A stretch of DNA of 64,000 nt. Origin: an uncultured virus (IMG/VR IMGVR_UViG_3300042307_001070) (lineage: Duplodnaviria; Heunggongvirae; Uroviricota; Caudoviricetes). The stretch lies in the IMG/VR virus record IMGVR_UViG_3300042307_001070; one strand, given 5' to 3'. Each line of letters starts with the position of its first letter. The first letter of the stretch is position 1. The position numbers and the translations under genes were made by a program. This document shows positions 30,468 to 40,814 of the stretch, piece after piece. The notes under the pieces are model-generated. The model was not told where the DNA came from. It worked only from the letters and a program-made list of their open reading frames with translations, and ran no database searches.

Positions 30468-32135
30468 ATGTCTGAAATGACAAGCTTATTTAAAGCACAA
30501 GAGGTAACATATAGAACCGAAGTTTTTGAAAATTTTAATCAAATTGAAAAACATAAAGACGATTTAGAAGATATTTTTGGAGAAATGTCACCTGTTCCAT
30601 ATAGGGTTCAAGGGTCTTTTAAAACAAAATTTAAATCATCCGATGAGAATGTTTTTTTAGAAAACTACGGGAACCAATTTGCTGAATTACATATGAAAAG
30701 AAAGACTTTAGTAGTCGAAGAAAACGAAAATAAAATCGCATTAAAATTTTTTATTTATAATAATTGTAGAGACGTATCCAAAAGGTTTTTTAAAGTTAGA
30801 AAAGAAATACACTATCTTACATTTAATATTAAAAGAAAAACATTTTATTCTGGAGAACTTAGACTTAAAAAAAAGAAAAAAATTGGGTCTAAAATGGTTA
30901 TAAATAAAACAGATTTAAATGGTATATCCGTTTATAATCAAATGATGTATTTTCATTATAACCTTAATGATTCTGATAATTTAAAATTTAAAAACGAAGT
31001 TATAAATATATTTCTAAATAGAGTTGCAGAAAGAATGGAGGTTAAATTTGATAAGGAAGGTTTATCACCAGAAGACAAACTTTACCAACTACACTTAAAA
31101 TTTTCAATCATTAAATATCCGGATGCGTTTTCAAAATTCAAAACTTTTTACACACCTAAAAAAGAAATCAGACAACACGATAATAATTTAGTTACTTGGT
31201 TTATGAATAAACACAATCTTAAAGGAACTAAAATTAGAGAAATTTTAAATAGGTATAATAATATTGATATGAATGGTCTTATTATTTTTTACAATTTATT
31301 TGGAATTGATTTGTTTAACACAATACATAACGATTGTTTTTTAAATATGAATCCTAATAATTTTGTTGGGTATTATGGGTCGTTAATCGAAGATATTAGT
31401 AAAAAAGAAAAAGAAAACATTGCTAAAATTTTAAATACCACGGATTCTGAAACATTATTAAACTCCTTGAATGACCACATACAATATAAAACAACATTAA
31501 AACGATATGGTGAACACGTTAAAATTACAGCAACAAACTATGATGATTACGTAAAAGAACACTCGGAGTGGTCAACTCTAGTACAATCTTATCGTTCAGG
31601 TACTGTGAAAAGATTTTATGGTGACGAGGCGTATTTGATTGAAAAACCGATTGTTAGTAATGGTGATATATATTACCCAGTATTATTAAAAACAACTGAA
31701 CAGTATGAAAACGAGTCTATGGTTCAGAGTAATTGTGTTAGGACTTATAGTGAGAAACCCTATTGTTTTATAATCTCATTAAGAAAGGGTAGTATTGATA
31801 GCGATGTTAGAGCTAGTATTGAGTTTAGATACTCAGATGACGACATCAGAATTGTTCAAAAATTAGGTAAATATAATAAAGGGTTAGATCAAGAGTGGAC
31901 CTCACCAATACACGACTTAGAATTGTTTGGTAAGTTTCTTTACGATAAAGGCATGATTAAATTACCTACAATGGTAAAGAAATACCCAAACGGTAAATCA
32001 TCTAAAGAGGTTGCAATATTTAAAAACGAAGATAATATACATAATATGTACCCCGTATGGGAAAACCAAAATACTGTTAGTGACTATTTACTAGGTGAGT
32101 TAGACAATTATAATCTATTTGATGAACTCTTTTAA
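30468..32135 (+). CDS. PcfJ-like domain protein
   Basis: ENESMVQSNCVRTY followed by IISLR..RASIEF..Q..GKYN. Confidence 0.7.
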   Translation: MSEMTSLFKAQEVTYRTEVFENFNQIEKHKDDLEDIFGEMSPVPYRVQGSFKTKFKSSDENVFLENYGNQFAELHMKRKTLVVEENENKIALKFFIYNNCRDVSKRFFKVRKEIHYLTFNIKRKTFYSGELRLKKKKKIGSKMVINKTDLNGISVYNQMMYFHYNLNDSDNLKFKNEVINIFLNRVAERMEVKFDKEGLSPEDKLYQLHLKFSIIKYPDAFSKFKTFYTPKKEIRQHDNNLVTWFMNKHNLKGTKIREILNRYNNIDMNGLIIFYNLFGIDLFNTIHNDCFLNMNPNNFVGYYGSLIEDISKKEKENIAKILNTTDSETLLNSLNDHIQYKTTLKRYGEHVKITATNYDDYVKEHSEWSTLVQSYRSGTVKRFYGDEAYLIEKPIVSNGDIYYPVLLKTTEQYENESMVQSNCVRTYSEKPYCFIISLRKGSIDSDVRASIEFRYSDDDIRIVQKLGKYNKGLDQEWTSPIHDLELFGKFLYDKGMIKLPTMVKKYPNGKSSKEVAIFKNEDNIHNMYPVWENQNTVSDYLLGELDNYNLFDELF

Positions 32136-32137
32136 TT

Positions 32138-32491
32138 ATGGAAGAAAGAAAAGAATTTAAAATACCTGAACACATTATTGATATTTTTAAAAAAAAATAT
32201 GAGTTGTATCCTTGTTTTATAAAAACCAGAAATGTTGTTGAAGGTGGTATTGATGTCCTAACAAAAAAAAACAAAATAGTTTGGTTTGATAAAATTTTTG
32301 ATGGTAAAAATACACACATAAAAGGGGCTTTAATTGACTATAGTGTGAGTAATAAAATTATGATTTATGTTAAAGCAAAAGAGAGTGAGAAGGTATATGA
32401 ATTAGTGATACTATCGAGCGATGAAAGTGGTGTCAGTGTTGATTTGTTATTGAAAGGTTTAAATAAATATTATACAATAGATTTTATATGA
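32138..32491 (+). CDS. Hypothetical protein
   Basis: Operonic ORF. Confidence 0.55.
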   Translation: MEERKEFKIPEHIIDIFKKKYELYPCFIKTRNVVEGGIDVLTKKNKIVWFDKIFDGKNTHIKGALIDYSVSNKIMIYVKAKESEKVYELVILSSDESGVSVDLLLKGLNKYYTIDFI

Positions 32492-32772
32492 AAGTTGCAG
32501 TTGTTTACACTATGAAAGGTTGTCCGTTTTGTAGTATGATTAAAGAAGAATTAGAAAAGGAAAATGTGTCATTTTTAGAGAGAGACATTTACGAATATGA
32601 GGAAGAATACGACGAGTTTTCAAAAGTCACCGAAAATGAGTATGTTCCAGCACTTATGTTATTAACTTTAGATGATGAGGATAACCCAACTAACGTAAAA
32701 CTTTTAGCCCCCGATAGAGATTTTAACGATATCTATGAGGGCGTAGAGATTGTAAAACAGTATTTGTTATAA
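32488..32772 (+). CDS. Glutaredoxin-like protein
   Basis: VYTMKGCPFC and YVP cis-Pro motif. Confidence 0.85.
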   Translation: MKVAVVYTMKGCPFCSMIKEELEKENVSFLERDIYEYEEEYDEFSKVTENEYVPALMLLTLDDEDNPTNVKLLAPDRDFNDIYEGVEIVKQYLL

Positions 32773-33657
32773 TAAAACCATTTCACTAACCACATCAAGT
32801 TTTTCCCACAACAATCGATCACTCGGAGATAGAACCTCAACAGACGAATCGTAGTTAGAAATATCAAAACTATTAGACAAGTCTTTATGATTGAAAGGGA
32901 ACACATCCAATATAAGCGACCTCAACCAATTGGTTCTAACGGTGTGGTTGTCGTTCAATATCTCAAATTCAGAGTTTAGATTATCTATTTCACACGGCCT
33001 GTATTTACTATATAGTTTCATGTTTAACTCTTTTGAAATCCCTAATGAGAATACATTATATGTGATATAACGTAATAATATATGGTATAATTTTTCAGTA
33101 TCGTTTGATAAACCATAATAACGATCTGAAACATAAGTTTCCTGACTAAGGTCTGTTTTTATAATTTTGTAATTAGGGAATTTATTAAAAATGATTTCTT
33201 TAACCTTCTCTACGTTAGAATCCAAACAATCAAAATATAGATAGTTATTTGTTTTCTCCAATTTAATGTTAAAGTATAGTTTATCTTTAACGTGAGAATT
33301 AACAAATTCTTGAATATCTAACTTTTCTTTTTCGTATAATTTATCTGAATGATACTCAATATCCATATTTCTATTGTCAAATGAGGTGTTATAATTAATC
33401 ACATCAATCACTCGAATGATGTTAAGTAAATCTTCATCATCGTAATTTTTTAAAAATTCTATTAAAATATTAGTTAAGTTTAAAACAACATCAGATGTTG
33501 TTCTACCACGTACAATAAAAAAATTCCTAATGTTTACTACTGTTATTTCAGTATTCGCATTAGGAAATGTTTTATTTATTTCATTCACAATAAGACTTGC
33601 AAAAATATTACATAGATTTTTACCATCTAAGAAGTTGTAAACCTCAATCGTTCCCAT
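32767..33657 (-). CDS. Degenerate S-adenosylmethionine synthetase (MetK)-like protein
   Basis: Collinear resemblance to MetK N-, C-terminal and WEKLD segments, but GHPDK and GGGAFSGKD motifs are absent. Confidence 0.55.
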   Translation of the reverse strand: MGTIEVYNFLDGKNLCNIFASLIVNEINKTFPNANTEITVVNIRNFFIVRGRTTSDVVLNLTNILIEFLKNYDDEDLLNIIRVIDVINYNTSFDNRNMDIEYHSDKLYEKEKLDIQEFVNSHVKDKLYFNIKLEKTNNYLYFDCLDSNVEKVKEIIFNKFPNYKIIKTDLSQETYVSDRYYGLSNDTEKLYHILLRYITYNVFSLGISKELNMKLYSKYRPCEIDNLNSEFEILNDNHTVRTNWLRSLILDVFPFNHKDLSNSFDISNYDSSVEVLSPSDRLLWEKLDVVSEMVLL

Positions 33658-33721
33658 ATTAATTTATTTATTTTTTATTTTAATTAATCTTAAATAAAAT
33701 AAAATATAGGTTAAATAGTTT

Positions 33722-33856
33722 TTATTTTTTGTTATAATATTTTTCTACAACTTTTTGCACACCATTTTTAACTGACTCGGTTTGTTGAGCCTGTTGAGTT
33801 TGTACGGTCTGTACTTGTTGTTGACCATTGTTTTTGTTTTTACATCCACACGACAT
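33722..33856 (-). CDS. Small protein MSCGCK.. (44 aa, absent from track)
   Basis: Open frame MSCGCKNKNNGQQQVQTVQTQQAQQTESVKNGVQKVVEKYYNKK with TATTTAT upstream on - strand. Confidence 0.5.
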   Translation of the reverse strand: MSCGCKNKNNGQQQVQTVQTQQAQQTESVKNGVQKVVEKYYNKK

Positions 33857-33942
33857 AGTTATAATTTTTAATTAGTTTATTATATATATAAATATTTATA
33901 ATTTACGATTATTCATTTGTAAATATAAAGTATTTATAAAAT

Positions 33943-35112
33943 ATGAGAAAAACAATATTAAGAATATTAAAAGAAGAAACGGAAGAATGGGTTGATATCA
34001 GTCCTAATGAGTTTTCTGAACTACTAAGGGATGTTGGTGGTGATAGTAATCGTATAAAAAACATTTCAGAATACAGAGGTAAAAAGATTAAAATTACTGG
34101 TGATTTAAATCTTTCAGATAGAAAAGACATTGAAAATATAGATAGTATTGATTATGTGGAAGGTAAGTTAGATATATCAAACTCAAGCGTAAAATATTTT
34201 GATAAAAATAAAGTTAAAGGTTATTTCTCATATTACAATAGTGAAATGCAAAAAGAGGAAAAAAGGAAAGAACTTGAAGGTCGTCTTGAACAACTAACTG
34301 AACTTAGAAATAACGGTGCGTGGGACATTGAAAACGATGACATTATTTCAAACGAAACCGAAGCGTTGTTTAATCATCTGATGAGTGAAGGTGACGTTGA
34401 GAAAGGTGAGGATAAATATTATATTTTTCCGTCATATAGAAGTACATATGGTGGATATTATATTTGGTTGGGTAACAACGCTTTTGAGCAAGAATATTTT
34501 GTCTGTGATAATGATAAGATTGATGATGCTGCTAAAGAATCTTTACAGAATATTGTTGATGACTTAGGGTATGAAGCATTTAGACCCCAACTATGGGAAA
34601 ACTTTGTGGATGAAAATGAAGCGAGGAAATGGTTATATGATGAGTTTAATGGTATGATATGGGATAGCCCTGAAGATTATGGGGTTAGTAGATCACAATC
34701 CAATGAACAAATGAAATACAATGAGGTATATAGAAAATCCATATCAAATTTAGAAAATAAATTAAATGCGGAAAATCTAACCGAAGAACAGGAGGATGAG
34801 ATAAGAAACCATATTTCTGATTATGAGAGTTTAATAGAACATAATGAAGAAAACCCTGAAGGTGATTACGATGATGATGCGGTTGAGGGAACCATAGAGA
34901 GTTTTGTGGATAATGAAGTGGATGAGTTTCCACAATATTTAAAAAATCATGGTTTCGATTCTAAATATATTTTAGATTTTATAGATATGGACTCTTTGTT
35001 TGATTATTTAATTCGTAGTGATGGTTACGGACAAATTTTAAACATATACGACGGTAGAGATGATGAATATAAGGTAAATGGTAGTTGGTATCACGTAATG
35101 AGAGAAAATTAA
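33943..35112 (+). CDS. Acidic hypothetical protein
   Basis: 389-aa ORF after TATTTAT; N-term ILRILKEE. Confidence 0.65.
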   Translation: MRKTILRILKEETEEWVDISPNEFSELLRDVGGDSNRIKNISEYRGKKIKITGDLNLSDRKDIENIDSIDYVEGKLDISNSSVKYFDKNKVKGYFSYYNSEMQKEEKRKELEGRLEQLTELRNNGAWDIENDDIISNETEALFNHLMSEGDVEKGEDKYYIFPSYRSTYGGYYIWLGNNAFEQEYFVCDNDKIDDAAKESLQNIVDDLGYEAFRPQLWENFVDENEARKWLYDEFNGMIWDSPEDYGVSRSQSNEQMKYNEVYRKSISNLENKLNAENLTEEQEDEIRNHISDYESLIEHNEENPEGDYDDDAVEGTIESFVDNEVDEFPQYLKNHGFDSKYILDFIDMDSLFDYLIRSDGYGQILNIYDGRDDEYKVNGSWYHVMREN

Positions 35113-35150
35113 TAATTTACACCTACAAAATATTTTACTACATTTTATTA

Positions 35151-35900
35151 ATGAAAACTGATTGGTTATTTCAAGAACCCATAGATTTAGAGCACAAACA
35201 ATATGTGCTTTTAGATTATCTACAAAAGTTAGATAAAAATCTAAATAATTTAAAATTATATCCCCAATTCCAAGAGATATCGTTACACCTGGCTAGTATT
35301 AATCTTTTAATTGAAAAAGGTCAATATTTAACAATGAACAGAACGTTAAAGGATCCCGATGATGAGATATTAATATCTGACTTAATACCGGTTGATTGCC
35401 CACTCCTTACAAAAGAAGAGATACTTGAAATTTATCATATCTGTAAATATACAACCGATAAATTAAAAGACTACTTCAACCACGCAAAGGCGATATGGGA
35501 CATCGTTAACGATGCGGTATCAATAGATCCGATACAAAACTCAAAAAATATTGACCCCAAACAAGGGCTTTTCTTTTTAGATTATAAAGATAAAACCTAC
35601 CTATATGAGTTTATGGTTAAATTAATTAAAAAGGGTAATTTAGAAACAAAATGTCACATAAAAAAAATATGTGAATGTCCTAAAGGAGATTTTAATGAAA
35701 AATTAAAAGAAGTAAAAAGACCACTTATCAAAGATCTAAAAGACGATAATATTCATAGTAAGTTAATTGTTTTTAGGGTTAAACACAACAACAATTACCC
35801 CCTTAAAGAAACTTTGCTTCCTATCGCAAAAAGAAAAATAATGAATTATATGATTCAATCAAAAATTATTAGACATAAAAATTTGACTAATATATCTTAG
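35151..35900 (+). CDS. Hypothetical protein
   Basis: Likely start MKTDW; IDLEHKQYVLLDYLQ. Confidence 0.6.
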   Translation: MKTDWLFQEPIDLEHKQYVLLDYLQKLDKNLNNLKLYPQFQEISLHLASINLLIEKGQYLTMNRTLKDPDDEILISDLIPVDCPLLTKEEILEIYHICKYTTDKLKDYFNHAKAIWDIVNDAVSIDPIQNSKNIDPKQGLFFLDYKDKTYLYEFMVKLIKKGNLETKCHIKKICECPKGDFNEKLKEVKRPLIKDLKDDNIHSKLIVFRVKHNNNYPLKETLLPIAKRKIMNYMIQSKIIRHKNLTNIS

Positions 35901-35926
35901 TTTTTTATTATTAAAATAAAAAAGTC

Positions 35927-36121
35927 ATGGTAGTAAAACAAAGATCATTAAACGAGTTAAGACAAGAAAAAGAGTTTGGATACAAACATTCAGACAATCA
36001 AAAGAAAAAAATTAATGTTGACCCACAACACATAATCAATTTGGTTAGAAAATACCCAAATGATATGGATCTTGGAAAAAAAGTAAGAGGTTATTTATTG
36101 GAATTAGGGATTTATGAGTAA
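35927..36121 (+). CDS. Hypothetical protein
   Basis: YPNDMDLGKKVR; follows TTGACT-N17-TATTAT. Confidence 0.55.
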   Translation: MVVKQRSLNELRQEKEFGYKHSDNQKKKINVDPQHIINLVRKYPNDMDLGKKVRGYLLELGIYE

Positions 36122-36335
36122 GGAACAAGTAAACCATCCAGAACATTATGGAGGATCTGAGAACGTATATGAAGCAATAAAGGTGATTGATGCGTGGGAT
36201 TTAGGTTTCTCACTAGGTAATACGGTAAAGTACATCTCAAGGGCAGGTAAAAAAGATCCAGAGAAAGAAATCGAAGATTTAAAGAAGGCAAAATTTTATT
36301 TGGATCATCACATTAAAACATTGGAGAATAAATGA
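36114..36335 (+). CDS. DUF3310 (SaV-like) protein
   Basis: VNHPEHY, GNTVKYISRAGKK, EDLKKAKFYL. Confidence 0.85.
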   Translation: MSKEQVNHPEHYGGSENVYEAIKVIDAWDLGFSLGNTVKYISRAGKKDPEKEIEDLKKAKFYLDHHIKTLENK

Positions 36336-36544
36336 AGATGAAATTAACTGAAGAACAAAAAAGTAATATTCGTGATTTATATGAGGGATTAAAAAGTGAT
36401 GAACAAACACTTGGAGAAACACTAGATATTATTGTGGATTTTTGTCTTGATGAAGGAATTGCTAATTTATCGGATGATCAAGATGAAGACCTAATCGAAG
36501 AATTTTCAAATGAGGTGTGGGATTATTTAGAAACTATAACGTAA
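36332..36544 (+). CDS. Hypothetical protein
   Basis: ATGA-coupled ORF. Confidence 0.55.
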   Translation: MKMKLTEEQKSNIRDLYEGLKSDEQTLGETLDIIVDFCLDEGIANLSDDQDEDLIEEFSNEVWDYLETIT

Positions 36545-36558
36545 TTAATAAAAAAATA

Positions 36559-37209
36559 ATGAGATATCTATATTTTTGTCTAATATTATTTTTGACATCC
36601 TGTATTGAAATAATTGAAGACCTAAAGTTTAATTTGGATGGATCAGGCACCTTTAAATATGTTATAAATCTTAGTGGTAGTAAAACCAAAGTAACATCCA
36701 TACTCGCTTTAGATAGTTTACACGGAGAAAAGGTACCAAAGGTATCAGACATTAGAACTAAGATCGGAGAGTTTAAAAGAACCTTACAAGAGCAAGAAGG
36801 TATTAGTAACGTATTAATAACGGAAGACTATACCAACTTTATCATTAAATTTCAGTGTGATTTTAAAAGTGTTGAGGATTTAGAACAAGCACTAAAAAAC
36901 TCAATTAAAAAACTATACCAAAACAACTATTACGAATATGATTGGGTTTCTTTTAAAGGTAAGGTATTAACAAGAAAAACACCTATTTTTTATTTAGATG
37001 ATATTAGGAAGTTTGGTGATAAGGATATTGATAAACTAAAGACCGGAACCTATACTTCAGTGACTAGGTTTCCAACTAAAATAGATACGTTTGAGAATAA
37101 AAATTCGTTAAGATCAAAAAGTAATATGGCTTTAATGATTAAAACAACACCTGATCTACTTTTAAATGACCAAACCATATTAAACAATAAAATAATATTA
37201 AAAAAATGA
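36559..37209 (+). CDS. Putative lipoprotein
   Basis: MRYLYFCLILFLTSC lipobox. Confidence 0.65.
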   Translation: MRYLYFCLILFLTSCIEIIEDLKFNLDGSGTFKYVINLSGSKTKVTSILALDSLHGEKVPKVSDIRTKIGEFKRTLQEQEGISNVLITEDYTNFIIKFQCDFKSVEDLEQALKNSIKKLYQNNYYEYDWVSFKGKVLTRKTPIFYLDDIRKFGDKDIDKLKTGTYTSVTRFPTKIDTFENKNSLRSKSNMALMIKTTPDLLLNDQTILNNKIILKK

Positions 37210-38057
37210 TAGAAACAGGAAAAATAATAAATGGGGATTGTATTGAGGTAATGAAAACCTTACCGGAAGGGTCTGTGGACTTAATTTGCACATCGCCGCC
37301 ATATGGCGTGGGTATTGCTTATGACACACACGATGATGATGTGGAGTTTGAAGACTACCTTGTGTTTGCAAGAAATTGGTTAACTGAATCGTATAACGTA
37401 TTGAAAGATGATGGGAGAATTGCGTTAAACATACCCTATGAAATCAATAGACAAAAGAAAGGAGGGAGAATTTTCTTTGTTTCAGAGATGTATCAAATAA
37501 TGAAAGAAATTGGTTTTGGATTCTTTGGTATTGTTGATTTGGAAGAACAATCACCACATAGAAGTAAAACCACAGCATGGGGATCTTGGATGAGTCCATC
37601 CAGCCCGTATATCTATAACCCGAAAGAGTGTGTTATTTTGGCCTACAAAAAACTACACATTAAAAAGGTGAAAGGAGAACCACAATGGAAAGGGGTTCCT
37701 ACTGACATAGAACAAGAAGATGGGACATTTAAGAAAAAAGTAGTATACGAGGAACAAGACAAGAAAGAATTTATGGAGTTAGTCTTTGGCCAGTGGAACT
37801 ATTTTGCAGATACAAAGAGTTTAACTAAGGCTACTTTTTCTATGGACATACCAACGAAAGCAATAAAAATATTATCCTACAAGAATGATATAATTTTGGA
37901 TCCATTCGCTGGTAGCGGAACTAGTTTAGTCGCTGCGGAAATCTTGGGTCGTAGATGGATCGGAATAGAACTATCACCAAACTACACTGAAGTGGCAAAA
38001 ACAAGGGTGGAGTATTTTAAAACACTACAAGAAGTATCGGAAGAAAACCAACAGTAA
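37206..38057 (+). CDS. N4-cytosine/N6-adenine DNA methyltransferase (beta class)
   Basis: TSPPY before LDPFAGSGT, GIE. Confidence 0.88.
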   Translation: MIETGKIINGDCIEVMKTLPEGSVDLICTSPPYGVGIAYDTHDDDVEFEDYLVFARNWLTESYNVLKDDGRIALNIPYEINRQKKGGRIFFVSEMYQIMKEIGFGFFGIVDLEEQSPHRSKTTAWGSWMSPSSPYIYNPKECVILAYKKLHIKKVKGEPQWKGVPTDIEQEDGTFKKKVVYEEQDKKEFMELVFGQWNYFADTKSLTKATFSMDIPTKAIKILSYKNDIILDPFAGSGTSLVAAEILGRRWIGIELSPNYTEVAKTRVEYFKTLQEVSEENQQ

Positions 38058-38095
38058 AATGTTGGTTTTTTAGTTTTATGTAGTATTTATTTATT

Positions 38096-40018
38096 ATGAG
38101 AAGAATAATAAATGAATCAGGTATCCGGGATATTAATAATATTGCTAAAAGATACAAAAAAGCAAAAATATACTTTCACCAAGATTTGGACGGTGTAACA
38201 ACCGCATTGGCGATGAAAAACTATCTTGAACAACACGGTATTGAAGTTGTCGATGCTGAAGTAATACAATACGGATCTAAAGAATTCGCCATTAAAAAAC
38301 CTGAAGGTGAAGGTGACGTTATGCCGGTTCTTGTTGATTTTGCTCACGGAAAACCAATGTTTGTTATTCATACCGACCACCACGATACACAAGCTGGTGT
38401 TGAAAAAGACACGGCAACAAGTTTCAAATCATCAAGATCAAACGTGGAAACCATATCACAAGTCGTTTCACCAAAAGAGATTTTCCCATCGGATGATATA
38501 ATGTTAATATCAACGATCGATTCGGCAAACTTCGCGGTAAATCAAATAACACCAGAAATGGTTATGAATTACCTATACAAATACGATAAAGATAGTTCAC
38601 TAAAGAGAAATAAAATGTTAATGGGGTTAGTTGTAAATAAACTATTATTAGCATATAAAAACAAACCAAGATTTTTGGAAAACCTTGTGTTAAACTCACA
38701 ACCATCCCTTTTAAGTATTTTAAATAATATTAAAAAAGAAGCGGTTGAAAAGGGGTATGTCGAACCTGAACAACTAACAAAAAACAAGGAAAATTATATA
38801 CAAAGTAGAAAAGAAAAGGGTGTAGAAACTCTTGGTAATATTATCTCTCAATATGGATTTGGTAGCACAACAAAGTCAGGTGCTTATGATAGATACACAC
38901 CATTTAAAAACAATCCAGATTCCGATTTCCTTGTAACGGGAATGCCGATGGGTATGGTTCAAGCATCCTGCAACCCATTTAAAGAAGATAGAGCACTCAA
39001 AGGGGTAAATTTAGGTGAAATAAAAGATGAGGTATTAGATGTATTTAGAAAAGAATTTGAGGGGTTAAAAATAACCTTTGGTATTATAAAAAGGGTTGCG
39101 GAACAAGAAGCTGATTTTAGTTCAGTTGGTTTTACCTTTAAAGATATGGAGGCGATCTACGGTGAAAGCCCATCTTATAAAATAGACGGAGGAGAAAACT
39201 TAAAAGAGATTTTAAACAACATATCCTCCAAACTTTATAGGGGGTTATCTCAAAAACAAAAAGAATTATTAAATAAAGTTTCTGTTAATGGATTTGACGT
39301 TATAAGAGCAAACTCAGGAGGACACAAATGTATAACCAACATTTCAGGTATAAATTTTTTATATAGGGATAATAAAGGAGGTAAAACAGATAAAATTCCT
39401 AGTGAGTTATTACCAATCGCTAATTATTCAGGAAAAAATTCATTTTTAAACGACATTAAATCAAAATTGTTAACTTACGGTAGATTGTCAGACAAACAAA
39501 TTGAGATGGCAATGAATCAGATTAAAAAGGAAGGGGGATCACCATCACCATCACCATCAACTGAAACAGTTGCTTCACAATCAAACAAAACTTACGTAGA
39601 TGTTGTAAAACAAATCCAACAGGAATTTGTGAATATTTTAAATAATAAAATAAAATCACAATCTGAAGGTATAACTGAAAGTTTTAACAAGGGAGAAAAT
39701 GTGGAGTCATTATTGAAAAGTCACGTTAAAGGACAAAAAGTTCTTTCTGAACGAGAATGGAAATTTATTATGTCAAAACTTAACGCAGTTACTGATAACA
39801 GAGGACAGTGGGATCATCCGGGTAGATGTACCATGATAGAAAGTAATAGAATAACTATGGAGAATGTTAATTTTCCTTTAGTTGGTATAGACAACACTGG
39901 TCACTTAAAATTAATGTTACCTGAAAACGATTATAAATTCCCAGGAAAAAGAGTTTTTGAAATACCATTAAAAGGTAAATATAAAAATTTAGGTATAAAA
40001 TTACTAAAAACGATTTAA
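38096..40018 (+). CDS. DHH-family phosphoesterase
   Basis: HQDLDG, VDFAH, TDHH, SGGH motifs. Confidence 0.8.
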   Translation: MRRIINESGIRDINNIAKRYKKAKIYFHQDLDGVTTALAMKNYLEQHGIEVVDAEVIQYGSKEFAIKKPEGEGDVMPVLVDFAHGKPMFVIHTDHHDTQAGVEKDTATSFKSSRSNVETISQVVSPKEIFPSDDIMLISTIDSANFAVNQITPEMVMNYLYKYDKDSSLKRNKMLMGLVVNKLLLAYKNKPRFLENLVLNSQPSLLSILNNIKKEAVEKGYVEPEQLTKNKENYIQSRKEKGVETLGNIISQYGFGSTTKSGAYDRYTPFKNNPDSDFLVTGMPMGMVQASCNPFKEDRALKGVNLGEIKDEVLDVFRKEFEGLKITFGIIKRVAEQEADFSSVGFTFKDMEAIYGESPSYKIDGGENLKEILNNISSKLYRGLSQKQKELLNKVSVNGFDVIRANSGGHKCITNISGINFLYRDNKGGKTDKIPSELLPIANYSGKNSFLNDIKSKLLTYGRLSDKQIEMAMNQIKKEGGSPSPSPSTETVASQSNKTYVDVVKQIQQEFVNILNNKIKSQSEGITESFNKGENVESLLKSHVKGQKVLSEREWKFIMSKLNAVTDNRGQWDHPGRCTMIESNRITMENVNFPLVGIDNTGHLKLMLPENDYKFPGKRVFEIPLKGKYKNLGIKLLKTI

Positions 40019-40027
40019 TTTTTTTCT

Positions 40028-40465
40028 ATGAACGACCAATTGTATTATTTTAATTATAGTGGAAAAATAAAAGAATGGCCGGGAATTAAATTAATAATTA
40101 ATGAAAAAAAAACACATAAAGAAATAGGACACATCTTTTTAGTTGATGTTGATACCGCATATGATTACGATAGTAAAATAGAAAACGAGATATCAAATAT
40201 TGAAGATTATAATGATTATGATTTTATAAAAGAAAATGAAACTATATTTTTACATAGTTTATTTATTGTTGAGAAATATAGGAATAATGGGTTTGGTAAA
40301 ATAATCAGAAAAAAAACAGAAGACATTGCGATTGAGTATGGATATAAGGTTTTATCGTCTATAACAAATAAAAATAATTTACATTCCAACAGAATAAATG
40401 AGGGGTTAAATTATAAAATCTTAGAAAATTTAAAAGAATATAATTTTTTTTACAAAAAACTGTGA
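40028..40465 (+). CDS. GNAT acetyltransferase
   Basis: LFIVEKYRNNGFGK acetyl-CoA motif A; N..S..INEGLNY. Confidence 0.75.
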   Translation: MNDQLYYFNYSGKIKEWPGIKLIINEKKTHKEIGHIFLVDVDTAYDYDSKIENEISNIEDYNDYDFIKENETIFLHSLFIVEKYRNNGFGKIIRKKTEDIAIEYGYKVLSSITNKNNLHSNRINEGLNYKILENLKEYNFFYKKL

Positions 40466-40615
40466 TTTTACTAAACTAAGTTGTATTTATATATTACCTC
40501 TGACAAAATTTCTATATTTTTTATTAAATCACTTGATTAAACAAAAATAAATTTATAAATTTGTAAAACAATTAGGAAACGTTCTAATTAGTATAAAAAA
40601 TTGATTTATTAATAT

Positions 40616-40759
40616 ATGTCTGAAATTACAAACGAAGTGGTTGAGATCTATGCCTACACTGACGACAAAGGTCAGAAAGTGTACACACCAAACGTAGAGT
40701 TTGCTGAGATAATGGCTAAGAAATACGGAACAAACGATGTTTACGTAGAAAAAAACTAA
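40616..40759 (+). CDS. Small protein (47 aa, absent from track)
   Basis: MSEITNEVVEIYAYTDDKGQKVYTPNVEFAEIMAKKYGTNDVYVEKN. Confidence 0.5.
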   Translation: MSEITNEVVEIYAYTDDKGQKVYTPNVEFAEIMAKKYGTNDVYVEKN

Positions 40760-40777
40760 AAAAAAACAACAAAGGAC

Positions 40778-40808
40778 TTGTCTAATTGAAAAAAAAGACT
40801 TAACTTTG
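40778..40808 (+). promoter_or_regulatory. Bacteroidota-type promoter for the large ncRNA
   Basis: TTG..TAACTTTG (-7 element TAnnTTTG). Confidence 0.65.
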
Positions 40809-40814
40809 TAAAAC

